Assembly: GCA_965203175.1 (NCBI GenBank)
Contig: OZ241867.1
Location: forward strand, 1,024,001 to 1,088,000
Source of the DNA: Candidatus Latescibacterota bacterium
Lineage (GTDB): Bacteria > Latescibacterota > UBA2968 > UBA8231
Direction of reading: 5' to 3'
Length of the DNA: 64,000 nucleotides
The notes under the pieces were generated by a model. It had not been told where the DNA came from, searched no databases, and saw only the letters and a list, made by a program, of their open reading frames with translations. Below, in pieces: positions 9,455-18,768 of this stretch. Made by a program: the position numbers and the translations under genes. Position 1 is the stretch's first letter. Each line of letters opens with the position of its first letter.

Positions 9455-9808
9455 TCACTCGTTTTCTCTGTCCTCGTCGTTCCACCATTCTTTTACAGCT
9501 TCTTTCCCCTCATGCTTGGCGATATCTTGGGCTACTGACGTTATACCTTTGACTACTCCTTTTCGTATGGTATTTGCAAGACCGCCTATTGGGCTGAAAC
9601 CTGGGTCAGACTCTATTTGATCCAGAGCACGGATCGAATCTGAGCGTGCCCAGGCTGCCGCAGCCAGCGAATCCGTGTGGGTAGCTGCTACCGAGCCCGG
9701 TACAGCCCCACAGGTAGGGGAATCGTACTCTAACTCACAGTGGTAAGCCAGTATCAGCCCATTTGGCTGTTGGTGTGTCGGCTTGAAAAGCCGCTTTTTT
9801 ATTGTCAT
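9455..9808 (-). CDS. Small hypothetical protein, candidate precursor peptide (117 aa)
   Basis: AAGGAG RBS lies 6 nt before ATG 9808. Sits between HlyD and CPBP. Basic leader ending LAY-HC, internal GG, amphipathic helix and acidic tail. Confidence 0.65.
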   Translation of the reverse strand: MTIKKRLFKPTHQQPNGLILAYHCELEYDSPTCGAVPGSVAATHTDSLAAAAWARSDSIRALDQIESDPGFSPIGGLANTIRKGVVKGITSVAQDIAKHEGKEAVKEWWNDEDRENE

Positions 9809-9879
9809 CAGCATCTCCTTTCAGAGTTGGTTAGACGTCATCCTAGCACTCCACGTTAAAGGATGAACCAGTATTTGAT

Positions 9880-11151
9880 TCACAGATTAATCTCCGCTTG
9901 GGTACTCGCCATCTCCGCTGACTCTCGCAAATAGAAGTCATGTCTCCCCATCGGCTCCGCCGTCTGCAACAGCTTCTTCCACAATAGCTCTACGATCCGT
10001 CCCCTCTCCACCACCACCTTGACTTCGGCATTCATCCCATACGCCAGCGAATACACCTGCTTCCCATCCCACACCTGTGGATCGAGAATCGACACCTTTA
10101 TTGGATAGACTGCGCCCTCTACGGAGTTTCCCACCACCGGTGCAGCCGACGCCTCTTCCACCGTGCCTTCAAAAACCTTGTATTCCGTATGCGGAAAGGC
10201 TTTCACATACAGACGAGCCAGCTGCCCGATCTCGATCTTGGGCAAGTCGATCTCCTTGACCATAATCCGAGCCTGCCACTCCTCGTTTCCAGCCACTTCG
10301 AGCACGGTTTCCCCGCTTTGGAGACGATCTCCCATCCGTTGCTCCAACTGACCCGTCAGCACGATGCCGGTCGCCGGTGCCCAGAGCGTGTTCTTGGCTA
10401 GCTGGTTTTCTAACCGCAGGCGTTCCTGCTCTATTTTCTCGCGCTGTTTTTCCAAGGTGTGGAGTTCGGCTGTTCGCCCTTCTACGGCCTGAAGCCGCTG
10501 CTGGCTCTGCTCCAGTTCGGCTTCAGCGTCCCTCAGCCAAGCATTCCCCAGCCGCACCGGCAGCAATTGATCCAACGGCTGGCGGACCACACTGACGGAC
10601 AACAGACCAGCCGAGTAAATAGTTTGTTCGGCCACGACCTGCTCTAGTTGGATGCGCATCCGCTCTACTACCAGCTTGGCGTGGGAGACCTCGGCTTGCC
10701 GAATGTTCCGCTCTTGCTCCATCTGTTGCTGAATGGCTCGCTGCTGGCTTTGGTTTACTTCGAGGTCCTTTTCGGCTTGCTGGAGTTGGATCCGCCAGTC
10801 GGTATCATCCAGCGTGACCAACGGCTCCCCCTTCTCTACCTGATGTCCCTGTCGGACGTGTATCTGCTGGATAATCCCCGCAATCTCGGCCTTGACTCGA
10901 TACCGATGTCGAGGCTCAATGACCCCTTTGCTTTCCACGGTCATATCCATACTGAAATACCAACTCAGGACGCCAGCGAGCACCAGCAAGCACCCCACCA
11001 ACACCAGAATCATCAAGAGAAAGGAGCGCACGAAACGGAAGCCCGGCCCGTGGAATTCTTCCCCTATACTCAGGACATTACTACGGCCATCCTGCACCGA
11101 GGAACGTTCGTTTTGCACAAATGCTTGGGTTTCAGCAGGCAGAGACGTCAT
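9880..11151 (-). CDS. HlyD-family membrane fusion (secretion adaptor) protein
   Basis: N-terminal TM, VRQGHQVEKGEPL lipoyl half-motif, coiled coil, LWAPATGIV and GMNAEVKVVV. Confidence 0.9.
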   Translation of the reverse strand: MTSLPAETQAFVQNERSSVQDGRSNVLSIGEEFHGPGFRFVRSFLLMILVLVGCLLVLAGVLSWYFSMDMTVESKGVIEPRHRYRVKAEIAGIIQQIHVRQGHQVEKGEPLVTLDDTDWRIQLQQAEKDLEVNQSQQRAIQQQMEQERNIRQAEVSHAKLVVERMRIQLEQVVAEQTIYSAGLLSVSVVRQPLDQLLPVRLGNAWLRDAEAELEQSQQRLQAVEGRTAELHTLEKQREKIEQERLRLENQLAKNTLWAPATGIVLTGQLEQRMGDRLQSGETVLEVAGNEEWQARIMVKEIDLPKIEIGQLARLYVKAFPHTEYKVFEGTVEEASAAPVVGNSVEGAVYPIKVSILDPQVWDGKQVYSLAYGMNAEVKVVVERGRIVELLWKKLLQTAEPMGRHDFYLRESAEMASTQAEINL

Positions 11152-11182
11152 ATTCTAACTCCACACGCTGAAACGCTTCTCT

Positions 11183-11254
11183 CTCCGACTGAATAGTCGG
11201 AGCCAAACGGATCTCCGGCGCACGAACTGCCCAAGGTTCCTTTTATATAAGGAA
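11183..11254. promoter_or_regulatory. Two inverted repeats upstream of the operon, candidate operator or leader hairpin
   Basis: CTCCGACT-gaat-AGTCGGAG (11183-11202) and TTCCTT-ttatat-AAGGAA (11237-11254). Confidence 0.4.
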
Positions 11255-11456
11255 AGTCCACATAGTTGGAGCTTTTGAGCAACCGCGCATACTGGCACAT
11301 ACGCGGACGCAGCGGCTTCCAAGGCATACTGCACGGCGGAAATAGAGCCGTACAGACCCCTGACAATCCGACACCGAATGAATCGCTGCGCTTCAGCGAA
11401 GCAATCATCCGGCCCTTGATGGAGCTTAAGAGAGCGTAGCCTAACGGCCGAAAATG

Positions 11457-11473
11457 AGGGGGGGGGGGGGGGG
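11457..11473. repeat. G17 homopolymer tract
   Basis: 17 consecutive G in the divergent intergenic region between the HlyD and Nudix genes. Confidence 0.9.
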
Positions 11474-11650
11474 CTAAGTCTTTATTTTTCAATCGTTTGC
11501 AACAAATTGCGGAGTCTTGGGACTGGCAGCAGGATGTCGTCATCGCGGCAGGCTTTGCTAGCGGCCACATCTGCGTCCGGTCCACGACGCGGCGATTGCG
11601 GCCTACGGCCCGTTTGCCTAATGTGAGTATCTCTCCGATGTGGAATAGCG

Positions 11651-12148
11651 ATGAACGCAGAGGAATTCGACTATACCCAATGGTGCGACAGTACGGGCGC
11701 GCCGCTGAAGAAAATGCCAGACCGGCTCGGCGTGGCGGCCAATGGCTTTATCCGCGACAAGACCGGCAAAATCCTGCTGCAACAGCGCGCGGACAACGGC
11801 TTTTGGGGCATGCCCGGCGGCCAAGTCGAACTCGGCGAATCCGTCGAACAGACCGTGGTGCGCGAAGTCTATGAGGAAACGGGCTTGGAGGTGCGCGTCG
11901 AGCGGCTGATCGGGATTTACTCCGAACCGGAGAGCTACCCATTCATGCGCTATCCCGACGGCACCATCGTCCACTACGTCACCCACGTCTTTATCTGCGA
12001 ACCCACTGCCGGTGCCTTGCAGATCTCCTCAGAAAGCACGGACATCGGCTATTTTGCCGCCGATGCTCTGCCTGCACAGACCTTGCTCTCGCACCGCATC
12101 CGCATCGCGGACGCACTGACCGGCCTAGTGTACCCATTTATTCGCTGA
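11651..12148 (+). CDS. Nudix hydrolase
   Basis: Nudix box GGQVELGESVEQTVVREVYEETG. Confidence 0.92.
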   Translation: MNAEEFDYTQWCDSTGAPLKKMPDRLGVAANGFIRDKTGKILLQQRADNGFWGMPGGQVELGESVEQTVVREVYEETGLEVRVERLIGIYSEPESYPFMRYPDGTIVHYVTHVFICEPTAGALQISSESTDIGYFAADALPAQTLLSHRIRIADALTGLVYPFIR

Positions 12149-12231
12149 ACTATGTTGACCGCACTCCGCCTAACAGCAAATATTTCTTTTTCGCTCGTCC
12201 CAACCTTCACCTCCCCAAGAAAAGGAACAAC

Positions 12232-13209
12232 ATGATCAAGATTGCCGAAGTCCTGCCCGATCACCCCACGCCGCTGTGGCGGATGGTCAAGCAATGCGGC
12301 GTTGACCACGTGGTCGGCGGCTTTAATACTCCCGGCGATCCCGCCGACATTCACCCCGATCAACGGCCCTGGAGCTTCACCAACCTCGTGCGGATGAAAA
12401 CCGCGTTTAACGACGGTGGCTTCTCCCTCGACGTCATCGAGGCCCGCCCACCGCTCAACAAGGCCAAGCTCGGCCTCTCCGACCGCGACGAGGAGATCGA
12501 ATACGCCTGCGAACTGATTCGCAACATGGGCAAGGTCGGTATTCCGGTCTGGTGCCCCGAGTGGATGCCCGTGCTCAACTGGACCCGCACCTCAATGGCG
12601 GCACCCGGACGCGGCGGCGCCATGGTCACCGGCTTTGACAACGAGTTGATGAAAAACGCGCCGCTGACCGACGCCGGTGTCGTCACCGAAAAGCAGCTTT
12701 GGGACAACCTGAAGTACTTCCTCGAAAAGGTCGTGCCGGTCGCCGAGGAAGCCGGCGTCAAACTCGCCATGCACCCCGATGATCCGCCGCTGTCGCCCCT
12801 GCGCGGCATGGGGCGGATCATGCGCAGCGTCGAAAACTACCAGAAACTCATCGACCTAGTGCCCAGCCCGGCCAACGGCATCTGCCTGTGCCAAGGCAAC
12901 TTCACCCTGATGACCGACGACTTGCCCGAAGTCATCCGCCACTTTGGCGACCGCATCTACTTCGTCCACTTCCGCGACGTGCGCGGCACGCCCGAAAAAT
13001 TCGTCGAGACCTTCCACGACGAAGGCCCGACCGACATGCGCGCCTGCATGGAAGCCTACCGCGACATCGGCTTTGAAGGCGTCCTGCGCCCCGACCACGT
13101 GCCAACGATGGAGGGCGACCGAAACGACCAGCCAGGCTATTCGTCGATTGGGCGCTTGTTTGCCATCGGCTATATCAAGGGGCTGCGCGAGGCCGTGTAC
13201 GCGAGTTAA
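12232..13209 (+). CDS. uxuA: Mannonate dehydratase family protein
   Basis: KLAMHPDDPP, FVHFRDVRG, ETFHDEG and RPDHVP motifs. Confidence 0.85.
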   Translation: MIKIAEVLPDHPTPLWRMVKQCGVDHVVGGFNTPGDPADIHPDQRPWSFTNLVRMKTAFNDGGFSLDVIEARPPLNKAKLGLSDRDEEIEYACELIRNMGKVGIPVWCPEWMPVLNWTRTSMAAPGRGGAMVTGFDNELMKNAPLTDAGVVTEKQLWDNLKYFLEKVVPVAEEAGVKLAMHPDDPPLSPLRGMGRIMRSVENYQKLIDLVPSPANGICLCQGNFTLMTDDLPEVIRHFGDRIYFVHFRDVRGTPEKFVETFHDEGPTDMRACMEAYRDIGFEGVLRPDHVPTMEGDRNDQPGYSSIGRLFAIGYIKGLREAVYAS

Positions 13210-13240
13210 AGCCTACTGCCATATCGGCGCGTTCAACGAG

Positions 13241-15535
13241 ATGTGCAATCGTTTAGCGGCAAAAATCCGCACGTACTTGTCGATACTAGGCGCGCTCCTG
13301 CTCGCCGCCCAGGCCCCCGAAGCCGAAGAACTGCGCCTCGGCGGGCCGGGCGGCTGGAGCGAGTGGACGCTGCCCGGCGACGCGGTCGATGTCGCCGACG
13401 GCGTGCTCAAACCCGCGTTCGTGCGCCAGAATATCGACGCGGTGCAAAACGCCGCGACTTTTGGCGGCGGCATCCGCGCCGCGGGTACAGCGCTGAATCG
13501 TGCAGCCCTGCTGATAGACGGAGATGTAGAGACGGCTTGGACGCCCGCTGCCGAAGCCCCGCTGGAGGACTGGTGGATAGAGGTCAATCTAGGCCGGGTG
13601 GTCTCGGCGCGCACCATACGCCTGTATTTTGCCGAGGGTGGCGAGCCGCTCGAATTTTTCAAGGTTTTCACTTCCGACGGCGAGCCTTTCTTCACCAATG
13701 CCGGCGTGGCCATTGATGGAACCCTCCGCTACAACAAGCGCCGCCTGTACAGCTTTAACCAAGACCGGGTCGTCGAGATCGACTTTGGCCTCAAGCCCCT
13801 GCAGCACATTCGCATCCAAGCCGACAAGAAGACGCTTGGTACCCAGCTCAGCGAGCTATCGGTAGAAAGCGTGGGCGACAATCTGTCCCTGGGTGCGCGC
13901 GAGCGCGGAGGTCAGATCGACGTGCATAGCCTAGTCGGCTCCGGCCGGGACGAGCGCCATGAGAACCCCTTGATCAGTCGCAACCTAATTGACGGGGACA
14001 TCACCTCGTACTGGGGTCGCAAGGAAGGACGCGGAGTGACGCCGATGGGGCTCTTCATCCTCGACTTGGGCGTGCTCTTTTGGGTGGATCGAGTGCGGTT
14101 GTTGGGGGACTTCACCGGGCTGCCGACGACCGGCGAAAGGGCCCGCACCCGCTTTGGATCCATCAATTATTTGTGGTACAAAATGTCGGGGTCGGACGGC
14201 TCGCTGGCCCCAGACGGCTCGTTGCGCTGGATCTCGCTGGGGGAACTGCCCGAATCGCTGCGCAACCGACGCGGTATCGTCCACTTTGAGGAGCGCTTCC
14301 CCTCGACTAAGTTGCGCTACGTCCGGCTTCTCTTTGGCATGACCTCTGGCGCGCTCTCGGGCACGACTGCGGAGTTCCAAGTCTTTGGCGAAGGATTTCC
14401 CGCCGCCTTAACGGCGCTCTCGCCGATTTTCGACCTGGGCGGGAAGAAGACGATCTCGGCGCTCGATTGGCAAGCCCAAGTGCCGCCCGCCACTCGCCTA
14501 GAGATTCGCAGCCGCACCGGCAATTTGCTCGACGAAGAGTACTCTTTCTTCGACAAGAACGGCAAAGAAGTCTCTGCAAGAAAATACGACAAGCTCATTC
14601 CCTCTTTTCGCGGACGGATCGACACGGTGCGGACAATAGGCTCGGACTGGAGCAACTGGAGTCCGGTTTACGAGGTTTCTGGCCAGGGGTTTTTGTCGCC
14701 AGGACCTCGGCAGTTCGCCCAAATCGAGGTGCAGCTTTTGAGCGAAGATCCGCTCAGCGCCCCAGCACTGGAAACGCTGACCTTGCACTTCCACCCGCCG
14801 CTGGTACAACAGACGCTGGCGGAAATCTACCCGGCCGAAGTCGAGCCGGGCGCGCCGCAAAATTTCACCTATTTCCTCCGCACAACCGCGATATCAGCCA
14901 ACCGGGGATTCGACCAAATCCTGCTGAGTTCATCGGCCGCCGTGCGCTTTAGGGCATTGCGCATCAACGGGGAAGAAGCCTCCGTCCAAATCAAGGAGCG
15001 GGCCGACGGGATCTTGCTCGTCCTCGACCGCGCCGTGCGGCGCTCGGGTCTTCTGGAGATCGATTTCGAGAGTACGCTCTACCTCAATCAGACTCGCTTT
15101 GACGCGTTGCTCTTCAACAGCAATCTGGAAGGTCAGGTGCAGCAGGTTGACGCTGGGGATGCCAGCGAGGCCGTGGCGAGCGAGACAGTGTCCGTAGCCT
15201 TGCCCGCGGACCCCGGTCTGCTCGATAATCTGACGATCTCAACCCAAATACTAACTCCCAACGGCGATGGCGTTGGCGACCGGCTCGTCCTCGAATTCAA
15301 TCTGCTCAAAGTGCTGGACCCACGCACCGTTCGAGTAGCTATTTTCGACCTGACCGGGCGGCAGGTGCATCTTTTGAGCGAAGCAGAGCAAGTGGCCGGG
15401 CGAGTGGTCTTGGAATGGGACGGACGCGACCACACTGGCGGTATAGTAGCACCGGGGAACTACGTCCTGCGCGTCGAAGTCAGCGGAGACGCACGCACCG
15501 ATCAGGTCAGCCGAATCGTCTCCGTGGCCTACTAA
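13241..15535 (+). CDS. Large secreted protein with discoidin-like segments and a C-terminal FlgD-Ig domain
   Basis: Signal peptide after ATG 13241. LIDGD..T.W and WWIEVNLG repeats. C-terminal TPNGDGVGD, IFDLTGRQV, WDGRD and GNYVLRV. Confidence 0.75.
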   Translation: MCNRLAAKIRTYLSILGALLLAAQAPEAEELRLGGPGGWSEWTLPGDAVDVADGVLKPAFVRQNIDAVQNAATFGGGIRAAGTALNRAALLIDGDVETAWTPAAEAPLEDWWIEVNLGRVVSARTIRLYFAEGGEPLEFFKVFTSDGEPFFTNAGVAIDGTLRYNKRRLYSFNQDRVVEIDFGLKPLQHIRIQADKKTLGTQLSELSVESVGDNLSLGARERGGQIDVHSLVGSGRDERHENPLISRNLIDGDITSYWGRKEGRGVTPMGLFILDLGVLFWVDRVRLLGDFTGLPTTGERARTRFGSINYLWYKMSGSDGSLAPDGSLRWISLGELPESLRNRRGIVHFEERFPSTKLRYVRLLFGMTSGALSGTTAEFQVFGEGFPAALTALSPIFDLGGKKTISALDWQAQVPPATRLEIRSRTGNLLDEEYSFFDKNGKEVSARKYDKLIPSFRGRIDTVRTIGSDWSNWSPVYEVSGQGFLSPGPRQFAQIEVQLLSEDPLSAPALETLTLHFHPPLVQQTLAEIYPAEVEPGAPQNFTYFLRTTAISANRGFDQILLSSSAAVRFRALRINGEEASVQIKERADGILLVLDRAVRRSGLLEIDFESTLYLNQTRFDALLFNSNLEGQVQQVDAGDASEAVASETVSVALPADPGLLDNLTISTQILTPNGDGVGDRLVLEFNLLKVLDPRTVRVAIFDLTGRQVHLLSEAEQVAGRVVLEWDGRDHTGGIVAPGNYVLRVEVSGDARTDQVSRIVSVAY

Positions 15536-15567
15536 GATCCCATTCACCCTCACTAAATTCCTAATTC

Positions 15568-16443
15568 CTAATTGACAGCGCTTACCTCCATCACCCCCAA
15601 CCCCTCCTCCAGTTCCTCGACGCTGGCAAAAGCCACCAAGGTGCAATGCACCCCCTCGGTCGCCAGTACCCACTGTATCGCCCGTTCAGTGCGCGGCACC
15701 AGTTCGCCCGGCTCGGCTAGCTCGTGCCAAGGGCCTGAGACAATCGGATAGACCAGCGGCAACTCTCCGCGAATGCCTTCCCCCCTCGGCGATAGCTCCT
15801 CGACCTTCGACTCTCCTACTGCCGACCAATCGGTCTGCGCCTTGTCGGCCCAGCTAAGCCACTGGCCGCCCAGGGCCTTCATAATCAGCACGCCCTTCCC
15901 AGCCCGTGCCGACGCCGCAATGCCCGGGGCCTGCCAGCGGCAGACGTAGTTGTAGATGACCAAATCGGCGTCCGCCTCGGGTTCGGGGCCGCGCTCAGCA
16001 TAGGCTTGTTGATCGGCCAGCATGTGCCGAATCAAGCACACGGCGCGCACTTTGCCTTTGGCCTTGCACTCGGCGATGCGTTCGGCCAAGCCTTCGTTTT
16101 GCAGATAGGCATAGTGGTGTACCCGCAAAATATCGATGGCCTCGCGGCGCACATTGGCGAGGTGCTTGTCGATAGTCCCCTCCACCTCAGTAGCTGCCGG
16201 CGCACCCACCTTGAGCGAGAAAAAGCGGTCGTCCCCTGGGCCTTTCAGCTCGTCCGGGATGTGAACCTCGTCGCCGTAGCCCATGTCGAAGAGGTTGACG
16301 CCTAGCTCGGCGGCCCGCAGGTAAATCCGGCGCTTCTCCTCGGGCGGCGGATGGCCATTAATGCCTTCGTAGCGGGCCAACAACCCGCCCAAACCGATAG
16401 TGCTCAACTCCATGTCCGTCTGTCCAAAGCGGCGGTATTCCAC
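15568..16443 (-). CDS. Aldo/keto reductase family protein
   Basis: MEYRRFGQTDMELSTIGLGG, NLFDMGYG and IMKALGG. Confidence 0.8.
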   Translation of the reverse strand: MEYRRFGQTDMELSTIGLGGLLARYEGINGHPPPEEKRRIYLRAAELGVNLFDMGYGDEVHIPDELKGPGDDRFFSLKVGAPAATEVEGTIDKHLANVRREAIDILRVHHYAYLQNEGLAERIAECKAKGKVRAVCLIRHMLADQQAYAERGPEPEADADLVIYNYVCRWQAPGIAASARAGKGVLIMKALGGQWLSWADKAQTDWSAVGESKVEELSPRGEGIRGELPLVYPIVSGPWHELAEPGELVPRTERAIQWVLATEGVHCTLVAFASVEELEEGLGVMEVSAVN

Positions 16444-16561
16444 GATAACCTCCTTGCGTCGTTAAGACGCGCTTACAGCTTGCTGCGCCCAATATGGCAC
16501 ATTAGTTTCTCCGGCGCGAAAAATTTACTCCACCAGACCATACCGTCCAAGGGAGAATGCA

Positions 16562-17158
16562 GTGACTGCCAAAGTCCTCATCATCGTCGGCGACGCCACC
16601 GAAACCGTCGATACGCTCTATCCCTACCTGCGCGTCCAAGAAGAGGGATTCGCGCCCGTGGTGGCCGGGCCGGAAGCCCGCCGCTACAACATGGTCCTGC
16701 ACGAGGTCCCGGCCGAAGGTTGGGACATCACCCGCGAATTCGAGGGCTATACCATCCAAGCGGACATCGCCTTCCGCCACATCGTACCCGAAGAATACGT
16801 GGGAATCTTTTTCTCCGGAGGGCGCGCCCCCGAATACATCCGCGACGACCCGGACCTAATTCGCATTACCCGCTACTTTTTCGACCGCGACAAGCCCGTA
16901 GGCTGCGTCTGCCACGGCGTCGAAATCCCCGCCCGCGCCGGTTGCGTCGAAGGGCGGCGCATGGCCACCGTGCCCAAGTGCCAATTCGACCTCGAAGTCT
17001 GCGGCGGCACCTTTATCGACGCGCCCTGCGTCGTCGATGGCAACCTCATCAGCGGCCGCACTTGGCACGACCACGGGCACTACATGAAACACTGGATCAA
17101 CTTGCTCATCGCCGAGCGCGAGCGCATGGGCGCACAACAGGAGGCCATCCCCGCGTGA
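16562..17158 (+). CDS. DJ-1/PfpI family protein
   Basis: GGRAPEY, CVCHG nucleophile elbow and VVDGNLISGRTW. Confidence 0.9.
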   Translation: MTAKVLIIVGDATETVDTLYPYLRVQEEGFAPVVAGPEARRYNMVLHEVPAEGWDITREFEGYTIQADIAFRHIVPEEYVGIFFSGGRAPEYIRDDPDLIRITRYFFDRDKPVGCVCHGVEIPARAGCVEGRRMATVPKCQFDLEVCGGTFIDAPCVVDGNLISGRTWHDHGHYMKHWINLLIAERERMGAQQEAIPA

Positions 17159-17982
17159 AACTCTACTACAGCACCTATGGCATGAAGCAACTCGACGTCT
17201 TCGAAGCCCTGCCGCGCCTCGCCGACATGGGCTACGAGGGCATGGAAATCGCCGTCACTCCCGGCTGGCCGACTGAACCAGCTAACATGGACGCGGCCGC
17301 ACGCAAAAGACTCGCCGACCTCTTCCGCCAACTCGGCTTCCCCACGCCAGTGCTAATGGCCCTACTCTCGCCCTGCGTCGAAGGCGAGGGACGCGCTGCC
17401 GCACTCGCGCAGTTTAGAGCGACCTTTGAACTGAGCCGCGCACTCCGGCTCGACGACCACCCAATGGTCGTCAGCACCACTCTCGGCGGCAAACCCGCCT
17501 GGGAGACCGGCAAAGAGCGCATCGTCGAGCTGGTACTCGAACTGGGCGACATGGCCGCCGAATACGACGTCATCGTCGCCATCGAGCCACATGCCGGCGA
17601 CGACTTTGAGACGCCGGAAAAGGCCGCTTGGCTCATGCAGCAAACGAATCACCCGCACCTCGGCCTCAACTTCGACTACAGCCACTTCTGGGTTGAAGGC
17701 ATCGACCTACAGCACTCGATTGACCTCAATCTCCAGTACTCAGTCCACAATCACATCAAAGACGGCTATCTCGACGAGGAGGGGCGGGTCCGCTATCTCC
17801 TGCCCGGCAGCGGCAAGCTGGACATGAAGGCTTACTACAAGGCCATACAAGACGCCGGCTGGGACCAGTATATCTGCCCAGAAGTCACCGGCCAGATCTG
17901 GAACGCAGACGGGTACGACGCCTGGAGCACGGCGCAATTTTGCTACGACGTGCTGGCCGCGACGCGGCGAGCATCGAGCTAG
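17155..17982 (+). CDS. Sugar phosphate isomerase/epimerase (xylose-isomerase-like TIM barrel)
   Basis: GTG start overlaps the upstream stop (GTGA). GYEGME, AIEPH, NFDYSH and HIKD motifs. Confidence 0.85.
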   Translation: MKLYYSTYGMKQLDVFEALPRLADMGYEGMEIAVTPGWPTEPANMDAAARKRLADLFRQLGFPTPVLMALLSPCVEGEGRAAALAQFRATFELSRALRLDDHPMVVSTTLGGKPAWETGKERIVELVLELGDMAAEYDVIVAIEPHAGDDFETPEKAAWLMQQTNHPHLGLNFDYSHFWVEGIDLQHSIDLNLQYSVHNHIKDGYLDEEGRVRYLLPGSGKLDMKAYYKAIQDAGWDQYICPEVTGQIWNADGYDAWSTAQFCYDVLAATRRASS

Positions 17983-18001
17983 GAGCTACGGGGAGGAAAT
18001 C

Positions 18002-18547
18002 ATGATCCGAATATTGTCACTTGTCCTAGTTGCGATAGGGCTGCTCGGCGGAGTAGAGAAAGCAGACGCCGCCGCAAGGGATGTAGTAGATCGAGAGACA
18101 CTGAAGAATTTCGTGCTGGAAGCGAAGAGTCTGCTGGAGTCTGCGCAAGACGAGGCGGAACGGACGGCCATTTTGGAGTCCTTCAGGACCGATGAAGAAT
18201 GGCGACATGGGCCGATCTATATCTTCATCGTCGATTTTGAGGGCACCAACTTCTTTCACGCGACCATCCCCTCGCGCGAAGGCACCAATAATATCGACCA
18301 AGAAGACAGCAATGGCGTTAAGATCGTACATCAGGCTGTCGCGGCAGCACAAGCCGGGGGCGGCTTTGTAGAATATCTCTGGGATAATCCAGCGATCGAA
18401 GGCGAAGACGAGTCCCCCAAGGTAAGCTACGTGGCTCCCATCGAGCTTGATGGTGCATCCTATTACATTGGCGCTGGATTGTATCCTACTGCAGAGCAGA
18501 CGAATGTCGCGCCCATTTCGTGGGGTAGCTTGAAAGAGCAGGTGTAA
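18002..18547 (+). CDS. Secreted stand-alone Cache-domain protein with a C-terminal SWGxLK tail
   Basis: Signal peptide, YIFIVD..G...FH, DSNG, GGGFVEYLW.NP and KVSYV. Ends ISWGSLKEQV. Confidence 0.8.
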   Translation: MIRILSLVLVAIGLLGGVEKADAAARDVVDRETLKNFVLEAKSLLESAQDEAERTAILESFRTDEEWRHGPIYIFIVDFEGTNFFHATIPSREGTNNIDQEDSNGVKIVHQAVAAAQAGGGFVEYLWDNPAIEGEDESPKVSYVAPIELDGASYYIGAGLYPTAEQTNVAPISWGSLKEQV

Positions 18548-18768
18548 ACCTTGACGCCCCGCGAGGCGAAGGCCATCTCTTGTTGGTGGTGGCATCCCCG
18601 GTCCGGTCGATACTCCCATAATATTTTTAGTACCTAATAATCGTTTTGACCTCATGGCCTAGCATAGCGATGTGACAGCCTCCTAGCTTATTTAGCACTC
18701 CTTGCGCGAGTTTATCGAACATCGTATACAGATGGTCAAGCACGCGAACTGAGAGGACGAAGGGGTCC

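Noticed and set aside
11217-11233. Possible sigma54 box upstream of the HlyD gene
   Set aside because: GG-N10-GC spacing exists but the flanks do not match TGGCAC/TTGC.
11148-11585. 145-aa minus-strand ORF with poly-Pro
   Set aside because: Poly-Pro comes from the G17 tract. Composition is not protein-like, so this is probably promoter DNA.
3074-11650. Calling the peptide cluster a mobile element
   Set aside because: No integrase, transposase, tRNA or flanking direct repeats were found. Only composition suggests horizontal origin.
12944-13240. N-terminal extension of the 863-aa ORF
   Set aside because: Overlaps uxuA in another frame. The signal peptide begins at ATG 13241.
16351-17154. Arg-rich N-terminal half of the 543-aa ORF
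   Set aside because: Shadow frame over the DJ-1 gene. The real isomerase starts at GTG 17155.
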